64,000 bases of DNA from the human T2T-CHM13v2.0 reference genome, Homo sapiens. The notes beneath the pieces were generated by a model. That model was not told the DNA's origin. It worked only from the letters and a program-made list of their open reading frames with translations, and ran no database searches. The position numbers were made by a program, and so were the translations under genes. Location: the NCBI RefSeq assembly GCF_009914755.1, contig NC_060933.1, one strand, 5' to 3'. Each line of letters opens with the position of its first letter. Positions within the stretch are counted from its first letter, which is position 1. This document shows, piece by piece, positions 1 through 13,000 of the stretch.

Positions 1-155
1 TGAAAAGAATCAATCCGAATGTAATGGAATGGAATGGAACGGAATGGAATGTAATGGAATGGAATGGAATGGAATGCAATGGAATGGAATCAACCCGAGT
101 GCAATGGAATGGAATGGAATGGAATGGAATGGAATGGAATGGAATGCAATGGAAT

Positions 156-170
156 GGAATCTTCCGGAAT
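156..170. promoter_or_regulatory. Perfect 3-unit heat shock element motif nGAAnnTTCnnGAAn (GGAATCTTCCGGAAT); first of ~40 in the window
   Basis: Seen: gGAAt-cTTCc-gGAAt. Further copies start at 2838, 3671, 7206, 8039, 12617, 15074, 17067, 17302, 18140, 19828, 21932, 23805, 24828, 25947, at the equivalent sites in HOR copies 2 and 3, and at 60719 and 60969. The motif match is exact; HSF1 binding at these sites is inferred. Confidence 0.7.
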
Positions 171-687
171 GGAATGGAATGGAATGGAATGGAATGCAAT
201 GGATTCAACTCGATTGCAATGGAATGGAATGGAATGGAATGGAATGGAATGGAATGGAATGGAACGGAACAGAACGGAACGCAACGGAAAGGAGTGGAAT
301 GGAATGGAATGGAATTGTATGGAATGGAATGGAATGGTACGGAATAGAATGGAATGGAAAGAATTGGAATGGAATGGAATCGAATGGAATGGAATGGAAT
401 GGAATGGAATAAACCCGAGTGCAGGGGAATGTAATGGAACGGAATGCAATGGAATGGAATCATCCGGAATGGAATGGAATGGAATGGAATGGAATGGAAT
501 GGAATGGAATCAACCTGAGTGCAATGGAATGGAGTGAAATGGAATGGAATGGAATGGAGACAACCAGAATGGATTGGAATATAATGGAGTGTAAGGGAAT
601 TAAATAGAATCAATCTGAATGTAATGAAATGGAATGGAACGGAATGGAATGGAATGTAATGGAATGGAATGGAATGCAATGGAATGG

Positions 688-845
688 AATCAACCCGAGT
701 GCAATCGAATGGAATCGAATGGAATGGAATGCAATGGAATGGATTCAACTTGAATGGAATGGAAAGAATGGAATCAACACGAGTGGAATGGCATGGATTG
801 GAATGGAATGGAATGGAATCAACCCGAGTACAGGGGAATGGAATG
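688..845 (+). repeat. ~160 bp landmark module (AATCAACCCGAGTGCAATCG...GGATTCAACTTG...GGAAAGAATGGAATCAACACGAGTGGAATGGCATGGATTGG...CCGAGTACAGGGG), pHuR98-like
   Basis: Seen: the core recurs ~34 times, marked in the ORF track by MEWKEWNQHE at 754, 2447, 3300, 5132, 6820, 7668, 9500, 11253, 12241 ... 60368. The resemblance to the chr9 SatIII probe pHuR98 is from memory and needs an alignment. Confidence 0.75.
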
Positions 846-1024
846 GAATGGAATGCAATGGAATGGAATCATCCGTAATGGAATGGAAAGGAATGGAATG
901 GAATGGAATGGAATGGAATGGAATGGAATCAACTCGATTGCAATCGAATGGAATGGAATGGAATTAACCCGAATAGAATGGAATGGAATGGAATGGAACG
1001 GAACGGAACGGAACGGAGTGGAAT

Positions 1025-4000
1025 GGAATGGAATGGAATGGAATGGAATGGAACGGAACGGAATGGAATGGAATGGAATGGAATGGAATCAACGCGAGTG
1101 CAGGGGAATGGAATGGAATGGAATGCAATGGAATGGAATATTCCTGAATGGAATGGAATGGAATGGAATGGAATGAAATGCAATGGATTCAACTCGATTG
1201 CAATGGAATGGAATAGAATGGAATGGAATGGAATGGAATGGAATTAATCCGAATAGAATGGAATGGAATGGAATGGAATGGAATGGAATGGTATGGAATG
1301 GAATGGAATGGTACGGAATAGAATGGAATGGAACGAATTGTAATGGAATGGAATTGAATGGAATGGAATGGAATGGAATGGAATCAACGCGAGTGCAGGG
1401 GAATGTAATGGAACGGAATGCAGTGGAATGGAATCATCCGGAATGGAATGGAATGGAATGGAATCAACCCGAGTGCAATGGAATGGAGTGGAATGGAATG
1501 GAATGGAAAGGAACAACACGAATGGAATGGAATGTAATGGAGAGTAAGGGAGTTTAATAGAATCAATCCGAATGTAATGGAATGGAGTGCAACGGAATGG
1601 AATGGAATGGAATGGAATGGAATGCAATGGAATTGAATCAACCCGAGTACAATGGAATGGAATGGAATGGAATGGAATGGAATGGAATGGAATGGAATGA
1701 TACGGAATAGAATGGAATAGAACGAAATGGAATGGAATGGAATGGAATGGAATGGAATGGAATGGAATGGAATCGTTCCGAGTGGAATAGGAGGGAATGT
1801 ATTCGAGTGGAATGGAAAGGAATGGAATCAACCAGAGTGGAATGGAAGGGAATGGAATGGAATGGAAACTAATAGAATGGAATCCACCCGAGTGGAATGG
1901 AATGGAAAGGACTGGAATGGAATGGAATGGAATGGAATCAACTCGATTGTAATGGAATGGAATGGAATGGAATGGAATTAACCCGAATACAATGGAATGG
2001 AATGGAATGGAACGGAATGGAGTGGAATGGAATGGAATCAACCCGAGTGCAGGGGAATGGAATGGAATGGAATGCAATGGAATGGAATCATCCGGAATGG
2101 AATGGAATGGAATGGAATGCAAAGCAATGGAATCAACTCGATTGCAATGGAATAGAATGGAATGGAAAGGAATACATTGGAATCAACCCGAGTGGAATGG
2201 AATGGAAAGGACTGTAATGGAGTGGAATGGAATGGAATGGAATGGAATCAACTCGATTGGAATGGAATGGAATGGAATGGAATGGAATGGAATGGAATGG
2301 AATTAACACGAATAGAATGGAATGGAATGGAATGGAATTGAACGGAAAGGAATGGAATGGAATGGAATGCAATGGAATGGAATCAACCCGAGTGCAATCG
2401 AATGGAATCGAATGGAATGGAATGCAATGGAATAGATTCAACTTGAATGGAATGGAAAGAATGGAATCAACACGAGTGGAATGGCATGGATTGGAATGGA
2501 ATGGAATGGAATCAACCCGAGTATAGGGGAATGGAATGGAATGGAATGCAATGGAATGGAATCATCCGTAATGGAATGGAAAGGAATGGAATGGAATGGA
2601 ATGGAATCAACTCGATTGCAATCGAATGGAATGGAATGCAATTAACCCGAATAGAATGGAATGGAATGGAACGGAACGGAACGGAACGGAACGCAATGGA
2701 ATGGAATGGAATGGAATGGAATGGAATGGAATGGAATGGAGTGGAACGGAAAGGAAGGCAATGGAATGGAATAGAATGGAATGGAATGGAATCAACGCGA
2801 GTGCAGGGGAATGGAATGGAATGGAATGCAATGGAATGGAATCTTCCGGAATGGAATGGAATGGAATGGAATGGAATGGAATGGAATGGAATCCACCCGA
2901 GTGCAATGGAATGGAGTGGAATGGAATGGAATGGAATGGAACAACCCGAATGGAATGGAATGTAATGGAGAGTAAGGGAGTTGAATAGAATCAATCCGAA
3001 TGTAATGGAACGGAATGGAACGGAATGGAATTGAATGGAATGGAATGGAAAGCAATGGAATGGAATCAACCCGAGTGCAATGGAATGGAGAGGAATGGAA
3101 TGGAATGGAATGGAAACTACCCAAATGGAATGGAATGTAATGGAGTGTAAGGGAATTGAATAGAATCAATCCGAATGTAATGGAATGGAATGGAACGGAA
3201 TGGAATGGAATGGAATGGAATGCAATGGAATGGAATCAACCCGAGTGCAATCGAATGGAATCGAATGGAATGGAATGCAATGGAATGGATTCAACTTGAA
3301 TGGAATGGAAAGAATGGAATCAACACGAGTGGAATGGCATGGATTGGAATGGAATGGAATGGAATCAACCCGAGTACAGGGGAATGGAATGGAATGGAGT
3401 GCAATGGAATGGAATCATCGGTAATGGAATGGAAAGGAATGGAATGGAATGGAATGGAATGGAATGGAATGGAATCAACTCGATTGCAATCGAATGGAAT
3501 GGAATGGAATTAACCCGAATAGAATGGAATGGAATGGAATGGAACGGAACGGAATGGAATGGAATGGAATGGAATGGAATGGAATGGAACGGAACGGAAT
3601 GGAATGGAATGGAATGGAATGGAATCAACGCGAGTGCAGGGGAATGGAATGGAATGGAATGCAAAGGAATGGAATCTTCCGGAATGCAATGGAATGGAAT
3701 GGAATGGAATGAAATGCAATGGATTCAACTCGATTGCAATGGAATGGAATAGAATGGAATGGAATGGAATGGAATGGAATTAATTCGAATAGAATGGAAT
3801 GGAATGGAATGGAACGGAATGGAACGGAATGGAATGGAATGGAATAGAATGGAATGGTATGGAATGGAATGGAATGGTACGGAATAGAATGGAATGGAAA
3901 TAATTGTAATGGAATGGAATTGAATGGAATGGAATGGAATGGAATGGAATCAATGCGAGTGCAGGGAAATGTAATGGAATGGAATGCAATGGAATGGAAT

Positions 4001-5402
4001 CATCCGGAATGGAATGGATTGGAATGGAATGGAATGGATTCAACCCGAGTGCAATGGAATGGAGTGGAATGGAATGGAATGGAATGGAACAACCCGAATG
4101 GAATGGAATGTAATGGAGAGTAAGGGAGTTGAATAGAATCAATCCGAATGTAATGGAATGGAATGCAACGGAATGGAATGGAATGGAAAGGAATGCAATG
4201 GAATTGAATCAACCCGAGTACAATGGAATGGAATGGAATGGAATGGAATGGAATGGAATGGAATGATACGGAATAGAATGGAATGGAACGAAATGGAATG
4301 GAATGGAATGGAATGGAATCGTTCCGAGTGGAATAGGAGGGAATGTATTCGAGTGGAATGGAAAGGAATGGAATCAACCAGAGTGGAATGGAATGGAATG
4401 GAATGGAATGGAAACTAATAGAATGGAATCAACACGAGAGGAATGGAGTGGAAAGGACTGGAATGGAATGGAATGGAATGGAATCAACTCGATTGTAATG
4501 GAATGGAATGGAATGGAATGGAATTAACCCGAATACAATGCAATGGAATGGAATCGAACGGAATGGAGTGGAATGGAATGGAATCAACCCGAGTGCAGGG
4601 GAATGGAATGGAATGGAATGCGATGGAATGGAATCATCCGGAATGGAATGGAATGGAATGGAATGCAAAGCAATGGAATCAACTCGATTGCAATAGAATG
4701 GAATGGAATGGAAAGGAATACATTGGAATCAACCCGAGTGGAATGGAATGGAAAGGACTGGAATGGAGTGGAATGGAATGGAATGGAATGGAATGGAATC
4801 AACTCGATTGGAATGGAATGGAATGGAATTAACCCGAATAGAATGGAATGGAATGGAATGGAACGGAATGGAATGGAATGGAATGGAATGGAATGGAATC
4901 AACCCGAGTGCAATGGAATGGAGAGGAATGGAATGGAATGGAATGGAAACTACCCGAATGGAATGGAATGTAATGGAGTGTAAGGGAATTGAATGGAATC
5001 AATCCGAATGTAATGGAATGGAATGGAACGGAATGGAATGGAATGCAATGGAATGGAATGGAATGGAATCAACCCGAGTGCAATCGAATGGAATCGAATG
5101 GAATGCAATGCAATGGAATGGATTCAATTGAATGGAATGGAAAGAATGGAATCAACACGAGTGGAATGGCATGGATTGGAATGGAATGGAATGGAATCAA
5201 CCCGAGTACAGGGGAATGGAATGGAATGGAATGCAATGGAATGGAATCATCCGTCATGGAATGGAAAGGAATGGAATGGAATGGAATGGAATGGAATGGA
5301 ATGGAATCAACTCGATTGCAATCGAATGGAATGGAATGGAATTAACCCGAATAGAATGGAATGGAATGGAATGGAACGGAACGGAACGGAACGGAATGGA
5401 AC
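1025..5402 (+). repeat. 4.37 kb tandem duplication, copy 1
   Basis: Identical ORF translations at offsets 4378/4373/4368 (1183 vs 5561, 1727 vs 6100, 2781 vs 7149, 4989 vs 9357). Shared rare variants include GGAGTTTAATAG, GGAATCCACCCG and GGATTCAATTG. Confidence 0.93.
1135..1149. promoter_or_regulatory. Variant perfect HSE motif GGAATATTCCTGAAT (also 5513-5527 and 9881-9895)
   Basis: Seen: gGAAt-aTTCc-tGAAt. Both differences from the common form fall in degenerate n positions. Confidence 0.65.
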
Positions 5403-8400
5403 GGAATGGAATGGAATGGAATGGAATGGAACGGAACGGAATGGAATGGAATGGAATGGAATGGAATCAACGCGAGTGCAGGGGAATGGAATGGAATGGA
5501 ATGCAATGGAATGGAATATTCCTGAATGGAATGGAATGGAATGGAATGGAATGAAATGCAATGGATTCAACTCGATTGCAATGGAATGGAATAGAATGGA
5601 ATGGAATGGAATGGAATGGAATTAATCCGAATAGAATGGAATGGAATGGAATGGAATGGAATGGAATGGTATGGAATGGAATGGAATGGTACGGAATAGA
5701 ATGGAATGGAACGAATTGTAATGGAATGGAATTGAATGGAATGGAATGGAATGGAATGGAATCAACGCGAGTGCAGGGGAATGTAATGGAACGGAATGCA
5801 GTGGAATGGAATCATCCGGAATGGAATGGAATGGAATGGAATCAACCCGAGTGCAATGGAATGGAGTGGAATGGAATGGAATGGAAAGGAACAACACGAA
5901 TGGAATGGAATGTAATGGAGAGTAAGGGAGTTTAATAGAATCAATCCGAATGTAATGGAATGGAGTGCAACGGAATGGAATGGAATGGAATGGAATGGAA
6001 TGCAATGGAATTGAATCAACCCGAGTACAATGGAATGGAATGGAATGGAATGGAATGGAATGGAATGGAATGATACGGAATAGAATGGAATAGAACGAAA
6101 TGGAATGGAATGGAATGGAATGGAATGGAATGGAATGGAATGGAATCGTTCCGAGTGGAATAGGAGGGAATGTATTCGAGTGGAATGGAAAGGAATGGAA
6201 TCAACCAGAGTGGAATGGAAGGGAATGGAATGGAATGGAAACTAATAGAATGGAATCCACCCGAGTGGAATGGAATGGAAAGGACTGGAATGGAATGGAA
6301 TGGAATGGAATCAACTCGATTGTAATGGAATGGAATGGAATGGAATGGAATTAACCCGAATACAATGGAATGGAATGGAATGGAACGGAATGGAGTGGAA
6401 TGGAATGGAATCAACCCGAGTGCAGGGGAATGGAATGGAATGGAATGCAATGGAATGGAATCATCCGGAATGGAATGGAATGGAATGGAATGCAAAGCAA
6501 TGGAATCAACTCGATTGCAATGGAATAGAATGGAATGGAAAGGAATACATTGGAATCAACCCGAGTGGAATGGAATGGAAAGGACTGTAATGGAGTGGAA
6601 TGGAATGGAATGGAATGGAATCAACTCGATTGGAATGGAATGGAATGGAATGGAATGGAATGGAATGGAATGGAATTAACACGAATAGAATGGAATGGAA
6701 TGGAATGGAATTGAACGGAAAGGAATGGAATGGAATGGAATGCAATGGAATGGAATCAACCCGAGTGCAATCGAATGGAATCGAATGGAATGGAATGCAA
6801 TGGAATAGATTCAACTTGAATGGAATGGAAAGAATGGAATCAACACGAGTGGAATGGCATGGATTGGAATGGAATGGAATGGAATCAACCCGAGTATAGG
6901 GGAATGGAATGGAATGGAATGCAATGGAATGGAATCATCCGTAATGGAATGGAAAGGAATGGAATGGAATGGAATGGAATCAACTCGATTGCAATCGAAT
7001 GGAATGGAATGCAATTAACCCGAATAGAATGGAATGGAATGGAACGGAACGGAACGGAACGGAACGCAATGGAATGGAATGGAATGGAATGGAATGGAAT
7101 GGAATGGAGTGGAACGGAAAGGAAGGCAATGGAATGGAATAGAATGGAATGGAATGGAATCAACGCGAGTGCAGGGGAATGGAATGGAATGGAATGCAAT
7201 GGAATGGAATCTTCCGGAATGGAATGGAATGGAATGGAATGGAATGGAATGGAATGGAATCCACCCGAGTGCAATGGAATGGAGTGGAATGGAATGGAAT
7301 GGAATGGAACAACCCGAATGGAATGGAATGTAATGGAGAGTAAGGGAGTTGAATAGAATCAATCCGAATGTAATGGAACGGAATGGAACGGAATGGAATT
7401 GAATGGAATGGAATGGAAAGCAATGGAATGGAATCAACCCGAGTGCAATGGAATGGAGAGGAATGGAATGGAATGGAATGGAAACTACCCAAATGGAATG
7501 GAATGTAATGGAGTGTAAGGGAATTGAATAGAATCAATCCGAATGTAATGGAATGGAATGGAACGGAATGGAATGGAATGGAATGGAATGCAATGGAATG
7601 GAATCAACCCGAGTGCAATCGAATGGAATCGAATGGAATGGAATGCAATGGAATGGATTCAACTTGAATGGAATGGAAAGAATGGAATCAACACGAGTGG
7701 AATGGCATGGATTGGAATGGAATGGAATGGAATCAACCCGAGTACAGGGGAATGGAATGGAATGGAGTGCAATGGAATGGAATCATCGGTAATGGAATGG
7801 AAAGGAATGGAATGGAATGGAATGGAATGGAATGGAATGGAATCAACTCGATTGCAATCGAATGGAATGGAATGGAATTAACCCGAATAGAATGGAATGG
7901 AATGGAATGGAACGGAACGGAATGGAATGGAATGGAATGGAATGGAATGGAATGGAACGGAACGGAATGGAATGGAATGGAATGGAATGGAATCAACGCG
8001 AGTGCAGGGGAATGGAATGGAATGGAATGCAAAGGAATGGAATCTTCCGGAATGCAATGGAATGGAATGGAATGGAATGAAATGCAATGGATTCAACTCG
8101 ATTGCAATGGAATGGAATAGAATGGAATGGAATGGAATGGAATGGAATTAATTCGAATAGAATGGAATGGAATGGAATGGAACGGAATGGAACGGAATGG
8201 AATGGAATGGAATAGAATGGAATGGTATGGAATGGAATGGAATGGTACGGAATAGAATGGAATGGAAATAATTGTAATGGAATGGAATTGAATGGAATGG
8301 AATGGAATGGAATGGAATCAATGCGAGTGCAGGGAAATGTAATGGAATGGAATGCAATGGAATGGAATCATCCGGAATGGAATGGATTGGAATGGAATGG

Positions 8401-10024
8401 AATGGATTCAACCCGAGTGCAATGGAATGGAGTGGAATGGAATGGAATGGAATGGAACAACCCGAATGGAATGGAATGTAATGGAGAGTAAGGGAGTTGA
8501 ATAGAATCAATCCGAATGTAATGGAATGGAATGCAACGGAATGGAATGGAATGGAAAGGAATGCAATGGAATTGAATCAACCCGAGTACAATGGAATGGA
8601 ATGGAATGGAATGGAATGGAATGGAATGGAATGATACGGAATAGAATGGAATGGAACGAAATGGAATGGAATGGAATGGAATGGAATCGTTCCGAGTGGA
8701 ATAGGAGGGAATGTATTCGAGTGGAATGGAAAGGAATGGAATCAACCAGAGTGGAATGGAATGGAATGGAATGGAATGGAAACTAATAGAATGGAATCAA
8801 CACGAGAGGAATGGAGTGGAAAGGACTGGAATGGAATGGAATGGAATGGAATCAACTCGATTGTAATGGAATGGAATGGAATGGAATGGAATTAACCCGA
8901 ATACAATGCAATGGAATGGAATCGAACGGAATGGAGTGGAATGGAATGGAATCAACCCGAGTGCAGGGGAATGGAATGGAATGGAATGCGATGGAATGGA
9001 ATCATCCGGAATGGAATGGAATGGAATGGAATGCAAAGCAATGGAATCAACTCGATTGCAATAGAATGGAATGGAATGGAAAGGAATACATTGGAATCAA
9101 CCCGAGTGGAATGGAATGGAAAGGACTGGAATGGAGTGGAATGGAATGGAATGGAATGGAATGGAATCAACTCGATTGGAATGGAATGGAATGGAATTAA
9201 CCCGAATAGAATGGAATGGAATGGAATGGAACGGAATGGAATGGAATGGAATGGAATGGAATGGAATCAACCCGAGTGCAATGGAATGGAGAGGAATGGA
9301 ATGGAATGGAATGGAAACTACCCGAATGGAATGGAATGTAATGGAGTGTAAGGGAATTGAATGGAATCAATCCGAATGTAATGGAATGGAATGGAACGGA
9401 ATGGAATGGAATGCAATGGAATGGAATGGAATGGAATCAACCCGAGTGCAATCGAATGGAATCGAATGGAATGCAATGCAATGGAATGGATTCAATTGAA
9501 TGGAATGGAAAGAATGGAATCAACACGAGTGGAATGGCATGGATTGGAATGGAATGGAATGGAATCAACCCGAGTACAGGGGAATGGAATGGAATGGAAT
9601 GCAATGGAATGGAATCATCCGTCATGGAATGGAAAGGAATGGAATGGAATGGAATGGAATGGAATGGAATGGAATCAACTCGATTGCAATCGAATGGAAT
9701 GGAATGGAATTAACCCGAATAGAATGGAATGGAATGGAATGGAACGGAACGGAACGGAACGGAATGGAACGGAATGGAATGGAATGGAATGGAATGGAAC
9801 GGAACGGAATGGAATGGAATGGAATGGAATGGAATCAACGCGAGTGCAGGGGAATGGAATGGAATGGAATGCAATGGAATGGAATATTCCTGAATGGAAT
9901 GGAATGGAATGGAATGGAATGAAATGCAATGGATTCAACTCGATTGCAATGGAATGGAATAGAATGGAATGGAATGGAATGGAATGGAATTAATCCGAAT
10001 AGAATGGAATGGAATGGAATGGAA
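5403..10024 (+). repeat. 4.37 kb tandem duplication, copy 2 plus ~255 bp start of a third copy
   Basis: Matches copy 1 except for two single-pentamer indels that I could see. Identity to the preceding copy stops near 10,025 (ORF 5561 vs ORF 9929 diverge there). Confidence 0.93.
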
Positions 10025-13000
10025 CGGAATGGAACGGAATGGAATGGAATGGAATGGAATGGAATGGTATGGAATGGAATGGAATGGTACGGAATAGAAT
10101 GGAATGGAACGAATTGTAATGGAATGGAATTGAATGGAATGGAATGGAATGGAATGGAATCAACGCGAGTGCAGGGGAATGTAATGGAACGGAATGCAAT
10201 GGAATGGAATCATCCGGAATGTAATGGAATGGAATGGAATGGAATGGAATGGAATCAACCCGAATGCAATGGAATGGAGTGGAATGGAATGGAATGGAAT
10301 GGAATAACCCGAATGGAATGGAATGTAATGGAGAGTAAGGGAGTTGAATAGAATCAATCCGAATGTAATGGAATGGAATGCAACGGAATGGAATGGAATG
10401 GAATGCAATGGAATGGAATCAACCCGAGTACAATGGAATGGAATGGAATGGAATGGAATTTAATGGAATGGAATGGAATGATACGAAATAGAATGGAATG
10501 GAACGAAATGGAATGGAATGGAATAGAATGGAATGGAATGGAATGGAATGGAATGGAATGGAATCGTTCCGAGTGGAATAGGAGGGAATGTATTCGAGTG
10601 GAAAGGAAAGGAATGGAATCAACCAGAGTGGAATGGAAGGGAATGGAATGGAATGGAAACTAATAGAATGGAATCAACCCGAGTGGAATGGAATGGAAAG
10701 CACTGGAATGGAATGGAATGGAATGGAATCAACTCGATTGTAATGGAATGGAATGGAATGGAATGGAATGGAATGGAATGGAATGGAATTAACCCGAACA
10801 CAATGGAATGGAATGGAATGGAAAGGAATGGAGTGGAATGGAATGGAATCAACCCGAGTGCAGGGGAATGGAATGGAATGGAATGCAATGGAATGGAATC
10901 ATCCGGAATGGAATGGAATGGAATGGAATGCAAAGCAATGGAATCAACTCGATTGCAATGGAATGGAATGGAATGGAAAGGAATACATTGGAATCAACCA
11001 CTGTGGAATGGAATGGAAAGGACTGGAATGGAGTGGAATGGAATGGAATGGAATGGAATGGAATCAACTCGATTGGAATGGAATGGAATGGAATGGAATG
11101 GAATGGAATGGAATGGAATTAACCCGAATAGAATGGAATGGAATGGATTGGAACAGAACGGAATGGAATGGAATGGAATGGAATGGAATGGAATCAACCC
11201 GAATGCAGGGGAATGGAATGGAATGGAATGCAATGGAATGGATTCAACTTGAATGGAATGGAAAGAATGGAATCAACACGAGTGGAATGGCATGGATTGG
11301 AATGGAATGGAGTGGAATCAACCCGAGTACAGGGGAATGGAATGGAATGGAATGCAATGGAATGGAATCATCCGTAATGGAATGGAAAGGAATGGAATGG
11401 AATGGAATGGAATGGAATGGAATCAACTCGATTGCAATCGAATGGAATGGAATGGAATTAACCCGAATAGAATGGAATGGAATGGAATGGAACGGAACAG
11501 AACGGAACGGAACGGAACGGACTGGAAGGGAATGGAATGGAATTGTATGGAATGGAATGGCATGGTACGGAATAGAATGGAATGGAAAGAATTGGAATGG
11601 AATGGAATCGAATGGAATGGAATGGAATGGAATGGAATCAACCCGAGTGCAGGGGAATGTAATGGAACGGAATGCAATGGAATGGAATCATCCGGAATGG
11701 AATGGAATGGAATGGAATGGAATGGAATGGAATGGAAACAACCCGAGTGCAATGGAATGGAGTGGAATGGAATGGAATTGAATGGAACAACCCGAATGGA
11801 ATGGAATGTAATGGAGAGTAAGGGAGTTGAATAGAATCAATTCGAATGTAATGGAATGGAACAGAATGGAACGGAATGGAATGGAATGGAATGGAATGGA
11901 ATGCTATGGAATGGAATCAACCCGAGTACAATGGAACGGAATGGAATGGAATGTAATGGAATGGAATGGAATGGAATGGAATGGAATGGAATGGAATTGA
12001 ATGGAATGGAATGGAATGGAATCAACCCGAGTGCAATGGAATAGAGAGGAATGGAATGGAATGGAATGGAAACTACCCGAATGGAATGGAATGTAATGGA
12101 GTGTAAGGGAATTGAATAGAATCAATCCGAATGGAATGGAATGGAATGGAACGGAATGTAATGGAATGGAATGGAATGGAATCAACCCGACTGCAGGGGA
12201 ATGGAATGGAATGGAATGCAATGGAATGGATTCAACTTGAATGGAATGGAAAGAATGGAATCAACACGAGTGGAATGGCATGGATTGGAATGGAATGGAA
12301 TGGAATCAACCCGAGCACAGGGGAATGGAATGGAATGGAATGCAATGGAATGGAATCATCCGTAATGGAATGGAAAGGAATGGAATGGAATGGAATGGAA
12401 TGGAATGGAATGGAATCAACTCGATTGCAATCGAATGGAATGGAATGGAATTAACCCGAATAGAATGGAATGGAATGGAATGGAACGGAACGGAATGGAA
12501 TGCAATGGAATGGAATGGAATGGAACGGAACGGAACGGAATGGAATGGAATGGAATGGAATGGAATGGAATCAACGCGAGTGCAGGGGAATGGAATGGAA
12601 TGGAATGCTATGGAATGGAATCTTCCGGAATGGAATGGAATGGATTGGAATGGAATGAAATGCAATGGATTCAACTCGATTGCAATGGAATGGAATAGAA
12701 TGGAATGGAATGGAATGTAATGGAATTAATCCGAATAGAATGGAATGGAATGGAATGGAACGGAATGGAACGGAATGGAATGGAATGGAATGGAATGGAA
12801 TGGTATGGAATCGATTGGAATGGTACGGAATAGAATGGAATGGAACGAATTGTAATGGAATGGAATTGAATGGAATGGAATGGAATGGAATGGAATCAAC
12901 GCGAGAGCATGGGAATGTAAAGGAAAGGAATGCAATGGAATGGAATCATCCGGAATGGAATGGAATGGAATGGAATGGAATGGAATGGAATGGAATCAAC

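Noticed and set aside
421-430. GCAGGGGAAT G-runs as G-quadruplex motifs
   Set aside because: G-tracts of 3 or more are isolated and typically tens to hundreds of bp apart. No four closely spaced tracts were seen.
1769-1790. GGAATCGTTCCGAGT as a second HSE or inverted repeat
   Set aside because: The TTC is one base out of register (GAA-3 nt-TTC) and is not followed by a GAA unit, so it is not a canonical HSE.
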